A DNA stretch of 43,063 bases from Patescibacteria group bacterium. GTDB taxonomy: Bacteria; Patescibacteriota; Patescibacteriia; JAGPKW01. The stretch is from assembly GCA_021734125.1 (NCBI GenBank), contig JAIPJN010000003.1:1-43063 (forward strand), written 5' to 3'. The notes below the pieces were generated by a model. That model saw only the letters and a program-made list of their open reading frames with translations, was not told the origin of the DNA and searched no databases. Position numbers and translations under genes: made by a program. Shown here one piece after another: positions 1 to 9,132 of the stretch; within the stretch, counting starts at the first letter, position 1; each line of letters opens with the position of its first letter.

Positions 1-2
1 TA

Positions 3-197
3 GGTATTTCAGGAACAGCAGCTCTTATTATAGTAGTAATAGGTGGAGTTAAATGGATGTCATCAGGAGGTAATGAAACTAAAATTACTAGTGCTAGAAA
101 ACTTATGGTATCAGGAGCAATAGGAATAGTAATAATAGCTGCAGCATATGCTATTACAAGTTTCGTTATGAACCAAATGGTAGCAGTAGTTGGTTAA
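3..197 (+). CDS. Partial (5'-truncated) VirB2/TrbC-like pilin of the type common in CPR bacteria
   Basis: Manual translation: GISGTAALIIVVIGGVKWMSSGGNETKITSARKLMVSGAIGIVIIAAAYAITSFVMNQMVAVVG*. Two hydrophobic helices flank a GG-x-x-W-M-x-S-x-G-N loop. Confidence 0.8.
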   Translation, partial: GISGTAALIIVVIGGVKWMSSGGNETKITSARKLMVSGAIGIVIIAAAYAITSFVMNQMVAVVG

Positions 198-220
198 TAT
201 GGAATATAATATATAAATTT

Positions 221-243
221 GTAGGGGCGCACATTGTGCGCCC
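221..243 (+). repeat. REP-like palindrome, family A
   Basis: GTAGGGGCGCACATTGTGCGCCC. Identical copies at 27951 and 29842, inverted copy at 21799. Confidence 0.9.
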
Positions 244-276
244 TTCATTATTTTAAAATATTATTATATAAAATAT

Positions 277-301
277 GTGGGAACGCGCCGTGGCGCGTTC
301 C
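277..301 (+). repeat. REP-like palindrome, family B
   Basis: GTGGGAACGCGCCGTGGCGCGTTCC. Related copies at 8006, 8979, 21639, 27879, 30721. Confidence 0.9.
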
Positions 302-398
302 TTTTTAAATATAAAAAATATTAATTTTAAATCAAAACGTACATTAAATTATTTGGAACAAATGTGTAATTTATTTAATAATATTAATATATAAATTT

Positions 399-433
399 GT
401 AGGAACAGGACGACAAAGTCGTCCTGTTCCTAC
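399..433. repeat. REP-like palindrome, family C
   Basis: GTAGGAACAGGACGAC-AAA-GTCGTCCTGTTCCTAC, a perfect 16-bp stem. Related copies at 10760 and 29908. Confidence 0.9.
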
Positions 434-442
434 TATCCACAT

Positions 443-471
443 TTGACATTTATATAAAAAAGTTATATCAT
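443..471 (+). promoter_or_regulatory. sigma70-type promoter upstream of tRNA-Lys
   Basis: TTGACA-N17-TATCAT. Confidence 0.6.
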
Positions 472-534
472 ACATCTTATATTTATTATAAAAAAAGAAA
501 AATATATTTTTTTTAATTAAATAATAATATAAAT

Positions 535-607
535 AGGTCCTTAGCTCAGTTGGTAGAGCAACAGCCTTTTAAGCTGATGGTCGCGGGTTCGAGTCCCGCA
601 GGGCCTA
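535..607 (+). tRNA. tRNA-Lys(TTT)
   Basis: Acceptor stem AGGTCCT/AGGGCCT, D arm GCTC..GAGC, anticodon loop CT-TTT-AA, T loop GTTCGAGTC. Followed by CCG rather than CCA. Confidence 0.95.
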
Positions 608-666
608 CCGACCATTCAATAAACACCAAATTAGTTTATTTAAAAAATAGATGGTATAATAACAAT

Positions 667-891
667 ATGAATTGGAACAGTTTTATTAAAATTTTACAAA
701 TCACATCTTCCATATTATTAATAATAGCAGTATTATTACAGGGTAAACATTCAAGTTTATCAAATTTATTTGGAGGAGATGGAAGTTTTTATGCTACCAG
801 AAGAGGTGCGGAAAGATTTTTATTTATTTTTACAATAATATTAGCTTTTATGTTTGCAGGTAGTATATTAATAGATCTCATACTATTATAA
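667..891 (+). CDS. secG: Preprotein translocase subunit SecG
   Basis: Two TM helices and VLLQ..LS..FGG..FYATRRGAE motif. True start is the ATG at 667 because the ORF-track start at 550 lies inside the tRNA. Confidence 0.9.
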   Translation: MNWNSFIKILQITSSILLIIAVLLQGKHSSLSNLFGGDGSFYATRRGAERFLFIFTIILAFMFAGSILIDLILL

Positions 892-899
892 TTTTTTTT

Positions 900-2630
900 A
901 TGAACAATCATAAGAGATTTAATCTTAGAATTATTTCTAAAAAGAAAAAAGGTTTACCTAGTTTTAAACAACTTAAATATTTAAAAAAATATTTAAACAA
1001 AACAGAAAAAAGTATATTAAAAATATCATTTTTAGTTTTTTTATTAAGTTTTGGTTATTTTCTTTATGTTTCATATTCAAAGATTGAAAATATACCAGAT
1101 TATGGTGGTTCATATATTGAAGGAGTTATAGGACAAATGCAATATCTAAATCCAGTTTTAGCTGATACTAATAGTGTTGATGTAGATATAAATAAATTAA
1201 TATATAATTCTTTATTTAAAACAAAAAATAGAGAAATAGTACCAGATTTAGTAGAATCATATGAAATTAATAATGATGGTACAAAATATTCCTTTACATT
1301 AAAAAACAACATATTTTGGCATGATAATAAGCCTTTAACATCAGAAGATGTAGTTTATACAATAAAAACAATTCAAGATATCAAATATAGAAGTCCATTA
1401 TATTTATCTTTAAAAGATATAGAAATAGAAAAAACAGGAATTTTTACTTTTGATATAAATTTAGAAAAAGCTTATAATCCCCTAATTTCAACGCTAACAT
1501 TTGGAATAATTCCTAAACATATTTGGTCTAACATTAATTCATATAATTTTGCTTTATCTAAATATAATTTAAAACCAGTAGGAACAGGGCCTTATAAATA
1601 TAAATCACTAACTAAAAGCAAAGATGGTTTTATAAAATCATACACTCTACAAGTCAATGATTTATATTTTAGAAAAAAACCATATATAGAAAATTTTACT
1701 TTTAGATTCTTTAATGATAAAACAGATTTAATTGAAAAATTTAAAGAAAAAAAAGTCACTAGTATAAGTTATATAGAGCATTCTGAAAAAGAGCTTTTAA
1801 ATAAAAAAAATACAAATTTTTATAATCTTTATCTCCCTAAATACGACGCAATTTTTATAAATTCTGAAACTAATTCATTATTAAAAGAAGATTATATCAG
1901 AGAAAGTATGTGTCTTGGTACAGATAAATATGAAATTATAGAAACAGTTTTTGAAAATGATGCAAAAAAAGCAGATAGTTTATTTCCTGAAAATATGCTA
2001 GGTTATGATCCTGAATATAGTTTATGCGAATTTAATCCTAGTAAAGCCGTATCAATTATAGAAGAAAATGGATGGGAAAGAAGTGTAAAAGATGGAATTA
2101 TGGAAAAAGATGGTAAAAAATTAGAATTCATATTAACAACAGTAAATAATAAAGATAATGAAAAAGTTGCTAATATTATTAAAAAACAATGGGAAAATTT
2201 AGGAATAAAATTAAATATACAATTAATAGATAATAATTTTATAAAAGAAGAAGCAATAAAACCACGTAATTATGATTTATTATTATATGGCGAAGTTGTA
2301 GGTGCAAATTCTGATCCATATGCTTTTTGGCATTCATCACAAAGTAAAAATCCAGGTTTAAATTTATCTGTTTATGGGAGTAGTTCTGTAGATGAAGCAA
2401 TAGAAAAAGCAAGAAAAGCAACAACAGAAGAAGAAGTTTTAGAAGAATATAATACAATAAAAGAAATATTTAAAAACGATATACCTGCAATATTTTTATA
2501 TAATAATAGCTATATATACGTTACTTCAGATGAAGTTTATGGAATAAATTTAAATCAAAATATTACATATCCAAATGATAGATTTAATAATATTGAAGAA
2601 TGGTATGTTAAAACTAAAAAAAGATTTTAA
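900..2630 (+). CDS. ABC transporter substrate-binding protein, family 5 (OppA/DppA-like)
   Basis: N-terminal TM anchor, LNPV, PDLVES, FWHD..LTSEDVVYT and PVGTGPY motifs. Confidence 0.9.
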   Translation: MNNHKRFNLRIISKKKKGLPSFKQLKYLKKYLNKTEKSILKISFLVFLLSFGYFLYVSYSKIENIPDYGGSYIEGVIGQMQYLNPVLADTNSVDVDINKLIYNSLFKTKNREIVPDLVESYEINNDGTKYSFTLKNNIFWHDNKPLTSEDVVYTIKTIQDIKYRSPLYLSLKDIEIEKTGIFTFDINLEKAYNPLISTLTFGIIPKHIWSNINSYNFALSKYNLKPVGTGPYKYKSLTKSKDGFIKSYTLQVNDLYFRKKPYIENFTFRFFNDKTDLIEKFKEKKVTSISYIEHSEKELLNKKNTNFYNLYLPKYDAIFINSETNSLLKEDYIRESMCLGTDKYEIIETVFENDAKKADSLFPENMLGYDPEYSLCEFNPSKAVSIIEENGWERSVKDGIMEKDGKKLEFILTTVNNKDNEKVANIIKKQWENLGIKLNIQLIDNNFIKEEAIKPRNYDLLLYGEVVGANSDPYAFWHSSQSKNPGLNLSVYGSSSVDEAIEKARKATTEEEVLEEYNTIKEIFKNDIPAIFLYNNSYIYVTSDEVYGINLNQNITYPNDRFNNIEEWYVKTKKRF

Positions 2631-2729
2631 AACTCTTAAATAAAAATAAATAAAAAATTAAATAGGTATTATTTATAATATCTAAATTAAATATAAATAA
2701 TTAATTAGTTAATAAATTAAATAAGAATA

Positions 2730-4520
2730 ATGGACACAAATAGTTCTCAAAACAGAAATCAAAAAAATATTTCTGAAAATAAAAAAACATTAAGAAGACC
2801 CACAAAAGGAAAATCTTCTTACAAAAGAAAAATATACGATCTAAGAAATACACCAAAAGATACCCTAGTTTCTTTTTCACTTGGTGGACAAGAAGAAGTT
2901 GGTATAAATATGATTGGATATAAATATAATGATGATATTATTTTTATAGACATGGGATTAGAATTCCCAGATGAAGAAATGCTTGGTGTTGATTATATAA
3001 TTCCAGATATAACTCCTCTTAGAGGTTTAGAAAAAAATATTAAAGGAATTTATATAACTCATGGACATTATGATCATATAGGAGCAATACCTCATCTTAT
3101 AGATAAACTTGGAAATCCAAAAATATATGGATTAAAACTTACTATAGGAATGATTAAAAAAAGACAAGAAGAATTTAGAGTTAAATCAAAACCTAATTTC
3201 ATTGAAATTGATATTGATGATACTTTAAAATTAGGAGTTTTTAAATTAAGTTTTATAAGAGCTTCTCATAATATTCCTGATAGTTCTATGGTTATAATAG
3301 ATAGCCCAGTAGGAAAAATAATACACACAGGAGATTATAAATTTGATATGACTCCAGTTGATTTTAATGAGACTGAAATACATAAAATAGCAGCCTTACA
3401 TAATCAAAAAGTATTAGCATTATATGCAGATAGTACAAATGCAGATCAACCTGGGCATCAAATTTCAGAACTTAAGGTTGAAAAAAGTATTAGAGAGCTT
3501 TTTACTAAAGCAGAAGGAAGAATAATTATTGGAACATTCGCTTCCCTATTATCTCGTATACAACAAATTATTAAGGTTTCTGAAGAATTAGGAAAGAAGG
3601 TAGTTATAGATGGTAGAAGTATGAAAAATAATGTAGCAATAGCCCATGAACTTGGATATTTAAAATATAAAAGAGGAACAATCATAGAATATAAAGATAT
3701 GGGAAGATATCCTGATAATAAGATTGTAGTAGCGTGTACAGGAGCACAAGGTGAAGACAGGGCTGTGCTTATGAGAATTGCTAATAATGAACATAGACAA
3801 ATTAGAATTCAAAAAGGAGATACAGTAGTTTTTAGTTCATCAGTTATTCCTGGTAATGAAAGATCAGTTCAAAAGTTAAGAGATTCTTTATATAAACATC
3901 ATGCAAATGTAATTAATTATACTATGATGGATATACATGCTGGAGGACATGCAAAACAAGAAGATATTAAACTCTTAATTAAATTAATAAATCCTAAATT
4001 TTATGTTCCAATTTATGGAACTCACACCCATCTTAAATTAAATGCTGAAGTTGCAGAAGAAACAGGTATTTTAAAAGAAAATATATTTACACCGTTTAAT
4101 GGACAACTTTTAGAGTTTAATAAAAGAGAAGAAGCTAAAATAGCAGAAAGTAAATTATATTTAAATAATATTTTAGTTGATGGTTTAGGTATTGGGGATG
4201 TTTCTGGTATAGTTCTAAGAGATAGAAAACAAATGTCTGAGCATGGAATGATAGTTATAATATCTACTATAAAAATGTCAACAGGAGATCTTGTAGGAAA
4301 TCCAGATATTATTTCGAGAGGTTTTATATATATGAATGCAAATAAAAAATTAGTTGAGGATATTAGAACAAAAGTAAAAGAAACGCTAAAAGATTCTGAT
4401 CCTTTGACTCCAGCAAACCAATCTTATATAAAAGATAAAGTAAGAGAAGATATAACAAAATTTATATATAAAAGAACCCATAGAAATCCTATGGTTCTTC
4501 CAGTTATATTACTTATGTAA
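2730..4520 (+). CDS. rnj: Ribonuclease J
   Basis: LGGQEEVGIN, THGHYDHIGA, HTGDYK, TGAQGE, HAGGHA and RNPMVLP motifs. Confidence 0.95.
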   Translation: MDTNSSQNRNQKNISENKKTLRRPTKGKSSYKRKIYDLRNTPKDTLVSFSLGGQEEVGINMIGYKYNDDIIFIDMGLEFPDEEMLGVDYIIPDITPLRGLEKNIKGIYITHGHYDHIGAIPHLIDKLGNPKIYGLKLTIGMIKKRQEEFRVKSKPNFIEIDIDDTLKLGVFKLSFIRASHNIPDSSMVIIDSPVGKIIHTGDYKFDMTPVDFNETEIHKIAALHNQKVLALYADSTNADQPGHQISELKVEKSIRELFTKAEGRIIIGTFASLLSRIQQIIKVSEELGKKVVIDGRSMKNNVAIAHELGYLKYKRGTIIEYKDMGRYPDNKIVVACTGAQGEDRAVLMRIANNEHRQIRIQKGDTVVFSSSVIPGNERSVQKLRDSLYKHHANVINYTMMDIHAGGHAKQEDIKLLIKLINPKFYVPIYGTHTHLKLNAEVAEETGILKENIFTPFNGQLLEFNKREEAKIAESKLYLNNILVDGLGIGDVSGIVLRDRKQMSEHGMIVIISTIKMSTGDLVGNPDIISRGFIYMNANKKLVEDIRTKVKETLKDSDPLTPANQSYIKDKVREDITKFIYKRTHRNPMVLPVILLM

Positions 4521-6502
4521 TGGATTTTAAATTAGTATCACAATTTAAACCTAATAGAGATCAAGAAAAAGCAAGGGATTTTATAGTATCAAGAATACAA
4601 GAAGGAGATAAATACTCTACTTTATTAGGGGTTACAGGAAGCGGTAAAACTTTTACCGCTTCTTCTATAATTGAAAAAATACAAAAACCAACATTAGTAA
4701 TTTCTCATAATAAAACATTAGCTGCTCAACTTGCATCTGAATTTAAAAGCTTTTTTCCAAATAATGCTGTTCATTATTTTGTATCTTATTATGATTATTA
4801 TCAGCCAGAAAGTTATATTCCTACATCAGATACTTTTATAAATAAAGAAACTAGTGTTAATGAAGAAATTGATAGATTAAGATTTGAAGCTACGACTTCC
4901 CTACTTTCGAGAAAAGATGTAATTATAGTTGCATCTGTTTCTTGTATTTATGGTTTAGGAAAACCAGAAGATATAAAAAACAGATTTTTAAAAATATCTA
5001 AAAAAGATAAAATAAAAATATCTGAAATAGCCTCACATTTAACTGAAATACAGTATGAAAGAAATGATGTAGAATTATCAAGAGGAAAATTTAGAATTTT
5101 AGGAGATATAATAGAAATACATCCTGCAAATATGAAAAATTTAGTATATAGAATAGAATTTTTCGGTAAAGACATAGAAAAAATATCCCAAATTGACTTA
5201 TTAAATAGAAATACAGTAAAAGTATTAGATGAAATTTCTATACCTCCTGCAAGTCATTATTTAACGAAAAATGAAGAAATTAATTCAATTGTAAAAGAAA
5301 TAGAAAAAGAATTAGAAATACAAGAAGAATATTTTAAAAAAAATGGTAAATTAATAGAAGCTCAGAGGATAAGAGAAAGAGTTGCTTATGATATAGAAAT
5401 GATAAAAGAAATTGGATATTGTAATGGAATAGAAAACTATTCTAGATATTTAGATGGAAGAAGTGAAGGAGAAACACCATATACTTTAATTGATTATTTT
5501 GGTGATGATTATTTAACTATTGTAGATGAATCGCATGTAACATTACCCCAAATTAGAGGAATGTATAATGGTGATAGAGCAAGAAAGAGAAATTTAATAG
5601 AATATGGATTTAGATTACCTTCAGCATATGATAATAGGCCTCTTAGATATGAGGAATTTGAAGATAAAATGAATCAAATGGTATATATGTCTGCCACACC
5701 AACAAACGAAGAAATTATAAAAAGTGGAGATAATATAGTTGAGCAAATTATAAGACCAACAGGATTATTAGACCCTATTATTGAAGTTAGAAAAACGGAA
5801 AATCAAATAAAAAATTTAGTTTTAGAAATACAAAAAAACATCAAAAAAAATCAAAGAACATTAGTAATAACATTAACAAAAAAACAGGCTGAAGATTTAA
5901 CAGATTATTTAATAGATCTTAATATAAAAGTTAATTATATACATTCAGACGTAAAAACAATGGATAGAGTTGATATATTAAGAGATTTAAGAAAAGGAAA
6001 ATATGATGTTTTAGTTGGAGTTAATTTATTAAGGGAAGGTTTAGATTTACCAGAAGTTTCTTTAATAGGAATATTAGATGCAGATAAAGAAGGTTTTTTA
6101 CGATCTAAAACTTCACTTATTCAAATAATAGGAAGAGCTGCAAGACATAGTGGAGGTAGGATAATTATGTATGCCGATAAAATAACAGATTCTTTAGATT
6201 ATGCTATAAAAGAAACGAAAAGGAGAAGAAAAATTCAAGAAAAATATAATAAAGAAAATAATATTACTCCAACGTCGATTAAAAAAAATATAGAAGAAGC
6301 TGAAATTCCTGGAAGAGCTAAAAAAGAAGAAAAAGATTATAAAATATATAAAAAATTAAGTAAAAAGGATCTTAATTATATTAAAGAGAATTTAGAAAAA
6401 ACAATGCTAAAAGAAGCTAAAAATATGAATTTTGAAAATGCTAGTAGTTTAAGAGATGAAATTTTAGAGATAGATAGGATTTTAAAAAATAAAAAATTTT
6501 AA
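4520..6502 (+). CDS. uvrB: Excinuclease ABC subunit B
   Basis: LLGVTGSGKT, HNKTLAAQL, FVSYYDYYQPE, DESH, NLLREGLDLPEVSL, C-terminal UVR domain. Confidence 0.98.
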   Translation: MDFKLVSQFKPNRDQEKARDFIVSRIQEGDKYSTLLGVTGSGKTFTASSIIEKIQKPTLVISHNKTLAAQLASEFKSFFPNNAVHYFVSYYDYYQPESYIPTSDTFINKETSVNEEIDRLRFEATTSLLSRKDVIIVASVSCIYGLGKPEDIKNRFLKISKKDKIKISEIASHLTEIQYERNDVELSRGKFRILGDIIEIHPANMKNLVYRIEFFGKDIEKISQIDLLNRNTVKVLDEISIPPASHYLTKNEEINSIVKEIEKELEIQEEYFKKNGKLIEAQRIRERVAYDIEMIKEIGYCNGIENYSRYLDGRSEGETPYTLIDYFGDDYLTIVDESHVTLPQIRGMYNGDRARKRNLIEYGFRLPSAYDNRPLRYEEFEDKMNQMVYMSATPTNEEIIKSGDNIVEQIIRPTGLLDPIIEVRKTENQIKNLVLEIQKNIKKNQRTLVITLTKKQAEDLTDYLIDLNIKVNYIHSDVKTMDRVDILRDLRKGKYDVLVGVNLLREGLDLPEVSLIGILDADKEGFLRSKTSLIQIIGRAARHSGGRIIMYADKITDSLDYAIKETKRRRKIQEKYNKENNITPTSIKKNIEEAEIPGRAKKEEKDYKIYKKLSKKDLNYIKENLEKTMLKEAKNMNFENASSLRDEILEIDRILKNKKF

Positions 6503-7905
6503 TCAATATCTAATGTAAAAATATCTCCTGCTCCTAATATCAATACAAGATCTTTATTTTTTAGATTTTTTTTCATTTTTTTAGCAGTTTTAATAAGATT
6601 TCCTGAATATTTTATTTTTAATTTAGGATTTCTTTTTTTTATAGATTTTACTAATTCTTTAGAACTTACTATATTTTTAGTTTTTAAATCTCTACCAGAA
6701 GGTTCATAAATATCTGATATAAAACAAAAATCAGCATAATCAAAACATTTAATAAAATCAGAGAACAAATTTTTTGTTCGATTAAAGGTATGAGGTTGGA
6801 ATATAACAAAAATTCTTCTTGAATCATACATTCTTTTAGCCCCTATTATTACTTGATTTATACTTGTAGGATGATGTGCATAATCTAAAACATATATAAT
6901 ATCTTTTTTTATATCTTTTTTTATAATTTCAAATCTTCTATGAGATCCTCTAAAATTAAGTATTTTGTATTGCCAATCTAATATATTATGCCTTAATTTA
7001 TGCATTTTAGATATTGTAAAACAGGTAGCAATAGAGGTTAAAGTATTATATATATTAAATTTTCCTGGAATACTTAATCTAAATTCAGCTAAAAATTCTC
7101 TATTATAATAAATTTCAAAAATTTGAACACCATCTTTTGTATCACTAAACTGAGCTATAAAATCAGAATCTTCATTTATACCAAATGAAATAAAAGTTAA
7201 ATCATGTCTTTTTTGAGAAATTTTTTTTATTAATTTTCTAATATTTTCATCATCTTTATTATAAACAACAACTCCCCCATCAGGAAGTTTATTTATCATT
7301 TTTTCAAAGGCTAAAATTACATTTTCTAAGTTTTTATAATAATCCAAATGTTCTGCTTCTATGTTTGTTATAGTTAAAACATTAGGATTTAAATATAAAA
7401 AATGTTCCATATATTCACAAGCCTCAACAATTAAGATATTTGAGGTTCCTTTTTTATAATTTTTATTATCAAGCTCCAAAACTTTAGCACCAACTATAAC
7501 ATTAGGATCAAGTGTTGTATTAGATAATAATATAGAAGATATACTTGTTGTTGTAGTTTTACCATTTGTTCCAGAGATAGCTATAGTATAAAAATTTTCA
7601 GATATTTCTCCTACCGCTTGAAAATAAGTCATTTCAGGAATTCCAAAATTTTTAGCTCTTATTCTTTCTGGATTATTCTCTAATACAGCACTAGAATATA
7701 TTAATAAATCTATACTATCATCTATATTAGATTCTTCTTGAATATTATAAACTTTTATTTCAAGATCTGGTAACATATCTAAATTACCAGTATCACTTCC
7801 TACAACTTTAATTCCATTTTCAAATAAAAAACCAGCAAGGGCTGAAGTTCCAGATCCTGCTATCCCCGAAATATATATTTTTTTATATTTTTTTAAAAAA
7901 TCCAT
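6499..7905 (-). CDS. murC: UDP-N-acetylmuramate--L-alanine ligase
   Basis: GIAGSGTSALA, GTNGKTTT, EACEY, DYAHHP, FQPH, GAGDI. Likely start is MDFLKK at 7905, since the longer ORF runs through intergenic palindromes. Confidence 0.93.
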   Translation of the reverse strand: MDFLKKYKKIYISGIAGSGTSALAGFLFENGIKVVGSDTGNLDMLPDLEIKVYNIQEESNIDDSIDLLIYSSAVLENNPERIRAKNFGIPEMTYFQAVGEISENFYTIAISGTNGKTTTTSISSILLSNTTLDPNVIVGAKVLELDNKNYKKGTSNILIVEACEYMEHFLYLNPNVLTITNIEAEHLDYYKNLENVILAFEKMINKLPDGGVVVYNKDDENIRKLIKKISQKRHDLTFISFGINEDSDFIAQFSDTKDGVQIFEIYYNREFLAEFRLSIPGKFNIYNTLTSIATCFTISKMHKLRHNILDWQYKILNFRGSHRRFEIIKKDIKKDIIYVLDYAHHPTSINQVIIGAKRMYDSRRIFVIFQPHTFNRTKNLFSDFIKCFDYADFCFISDIYEPSGRDLKTKNIVSSKELVKSIKKRNPKLKIKYSGNLIKTAKKMKKNLKNKDLVLILGAGDIFTLDID

Positions 7906-7957
7906 TTCAATCATTATTAATATAACCATTATACGTAAAATATAATAAAAAATAAAG

Positions 7958-7997
7958 GTAGTGGCCAGAGATCTCTGGCCTATTGTCGTCCTGTTCC
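7958..7997 (+). repeat. Chimeric REP-like element (family D hairpin plus right arm of family C)
   Basis: GTAGTGGCCAGAGATCTCTGGCC-TATT-GTCGTCCTGTTCC, 38/40 identical to 8850-8889. Confidence 0.88.
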
Positions 7998-8005
7998 ATA
8001 ATATT

Positions 8006-8033
8006 GTAGGAACGCGCCATGGCGCGTTCCTAT
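8006..8033 (+). repeat. REP-like palindrome, family B
   Basis: GTAGGAACGCGCCATGGCGCGTTCCTAT. Confidence 0.9.
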
Positions 8034-8100
8034 GAATATTGTGCATTCGGAAAACAAAACATTTTATATTTTATTTTTTTAAAAAACATTTTATCAAAAT

Positions 8101-8131
8101 AAAAAATGCACATGTATTATTCATGTGCATT
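8101..8131 (-). terminator. Intrinsic terminator of the pentapeptide-repeat gene
   Basis: AATGCACATG/CATGTGCATT stem with a T run on the minus strand. Confidence 0.7.
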
Positions 8132-8151
8132 AAATATTAAATCAAAAAAAT

Positions 8152-8760
8152 TTATTCCCTATAAATTTTCTTAATTTTTATTCCCATATTCCTGAAAACT
8201 TTCACATCAAATCCTGTATATAAACAAGATTCAATTGAGAAATTATTTTTAATATTAGATCCACTAAGATCCATATTTTCAATAATTGAATTAGATATTT
8301 TAATATTATCAAAATAAGAAGAACAAAGAAAAGCCATTTGAAAAAAACATTTATTAAATTTTACATTTTTTAAAAAAGATCCTTGATGAGAAGCATGTAT
8401 AAATGTTGAATTTCTAAATTCAGAATCACTAATTTTAATTTCAGATGCAATACTTAAATGGGATACCAAATGTTCAAAAAAAGAATTTTTTATAATAGCA
8501 TTATCTAATTTACAGTGAGAAAAAAAATAAACATCTTCTAAAGTAGAAGAAATAAATTTACATTCCTTAAAAGAACAGTTTCTAAAATAAATAGAAACTA
8601 ATTCAGTATTTTCAAAACTATCACCATCAAAGATGCAATTATCAAATTTTAAATTTGATATAGCAAGACCTGATAGATCTATTCCAGTAAAATCTTTGTT
8701 CTTAATTGAACCTGTTTTTGAGATTATGAGAATAAAATCTTCTCTTGAAAAACTATTCAT
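8152..8760 (-). CDS. Pentapeptide-repeat protein
   Basis: Five-residue periodicity (DFTGI DLSGL, FDNCIF, FRNCSF KECKF). Start moved to ATG 8760, which follows GGAGG at 8766-8770. Confidence 0.85.
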   Translation of the reverse strand: MNSFSREDFILIISKTGSIKNKDFTGIDLSGLAISNLKFDNCIFDGDSFENTELVSIYFRNCSFKECKFISSTLEDVYFFSHCKLDNAIIKNSFFEHLVSHLSIASEIKISDSEFRNSTFIHASHQGSFLKNVKFNKCFFQMAFLCSSYFDNIKISNSIIENMDLSGSNIKNNFSIESCLYTGFDVKVFRNMGIKIKKIYRE

Positions 8761-8790
8761 ATTTTCCTCCAAAAAAATTGTTTAATGAAT

Positions 8791-8819
8791 ATTATCTCAT
8801 AAATAACAATAAAAATCAA
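8791..8819 (-). promoter_or_regulatory. sigma70-type promoter of the pentapeptide-repeat gene
   Basis: TTGATT-N17-GATAAT with extended -10 TG. Confidence 0.5.
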
Positions 8820-8849
8820 TGTTTTGAAAAAAAATAAAGTATAAATATT

Positions 8850-8892
8850 GTAGTGGCCAGAGATCTCTGGCCTATTTTCGTCCTGTTCTTAC
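8850..8892 (+). repeat. Chimeric REP-like element (D plus half of C), second copy
   Basis: GTAGTGGCCAGAGATCTCTGGCCTATTTTCGTCCTGTTCTTAC. Confidence 0.88.
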
Positions 8893-8978
8893 AAAAAATA
8901 AATAATAATATTTTATTTATATAAAAATGCACATTAAATTACGTGCAAATTTATGGAAGAACATTAATGGACAAAAAT

Positions 8979-9003
8979 GAAACGCGCCACGGCGCGTTCC
9001 CAC
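8979..9003 (-). repeat. REP-like palindrome, family B
   Basis: GAAACGCGCCACGGCGCGTTCCCAC, continuing into the CATGAATT linker. Confidence 0.85.
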
Positions 9004-9132
9004 ATGAATTATAAAATAAAACATTATTATATATCAAACACACATTAAACTATGAACAATATATACAAAATATAAAAACGCACGTCATATAATATGCGTC
9101 TTAAATATAAGTATAAATTTAAACAAAAATAA

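Noticed and set aside
608-614. tRNA-Lys ends CCG followed by ACCA, a possible integration scar
   Set aside because: Too short to distinguish from chance, no duplicated tRNA 3' end was seen, and a non-encoded CCA is common.
550-666. N-terminal extension of the secG ORF
   Set aside because: Reads through tRNA-Lys. SecG similarity begins at ATG 667.
7906-8046. N-terminal extension of murC
   Set aside because: Chance open frame across intergenic palindromes and AT-rich spacer, with no MurC similarity.
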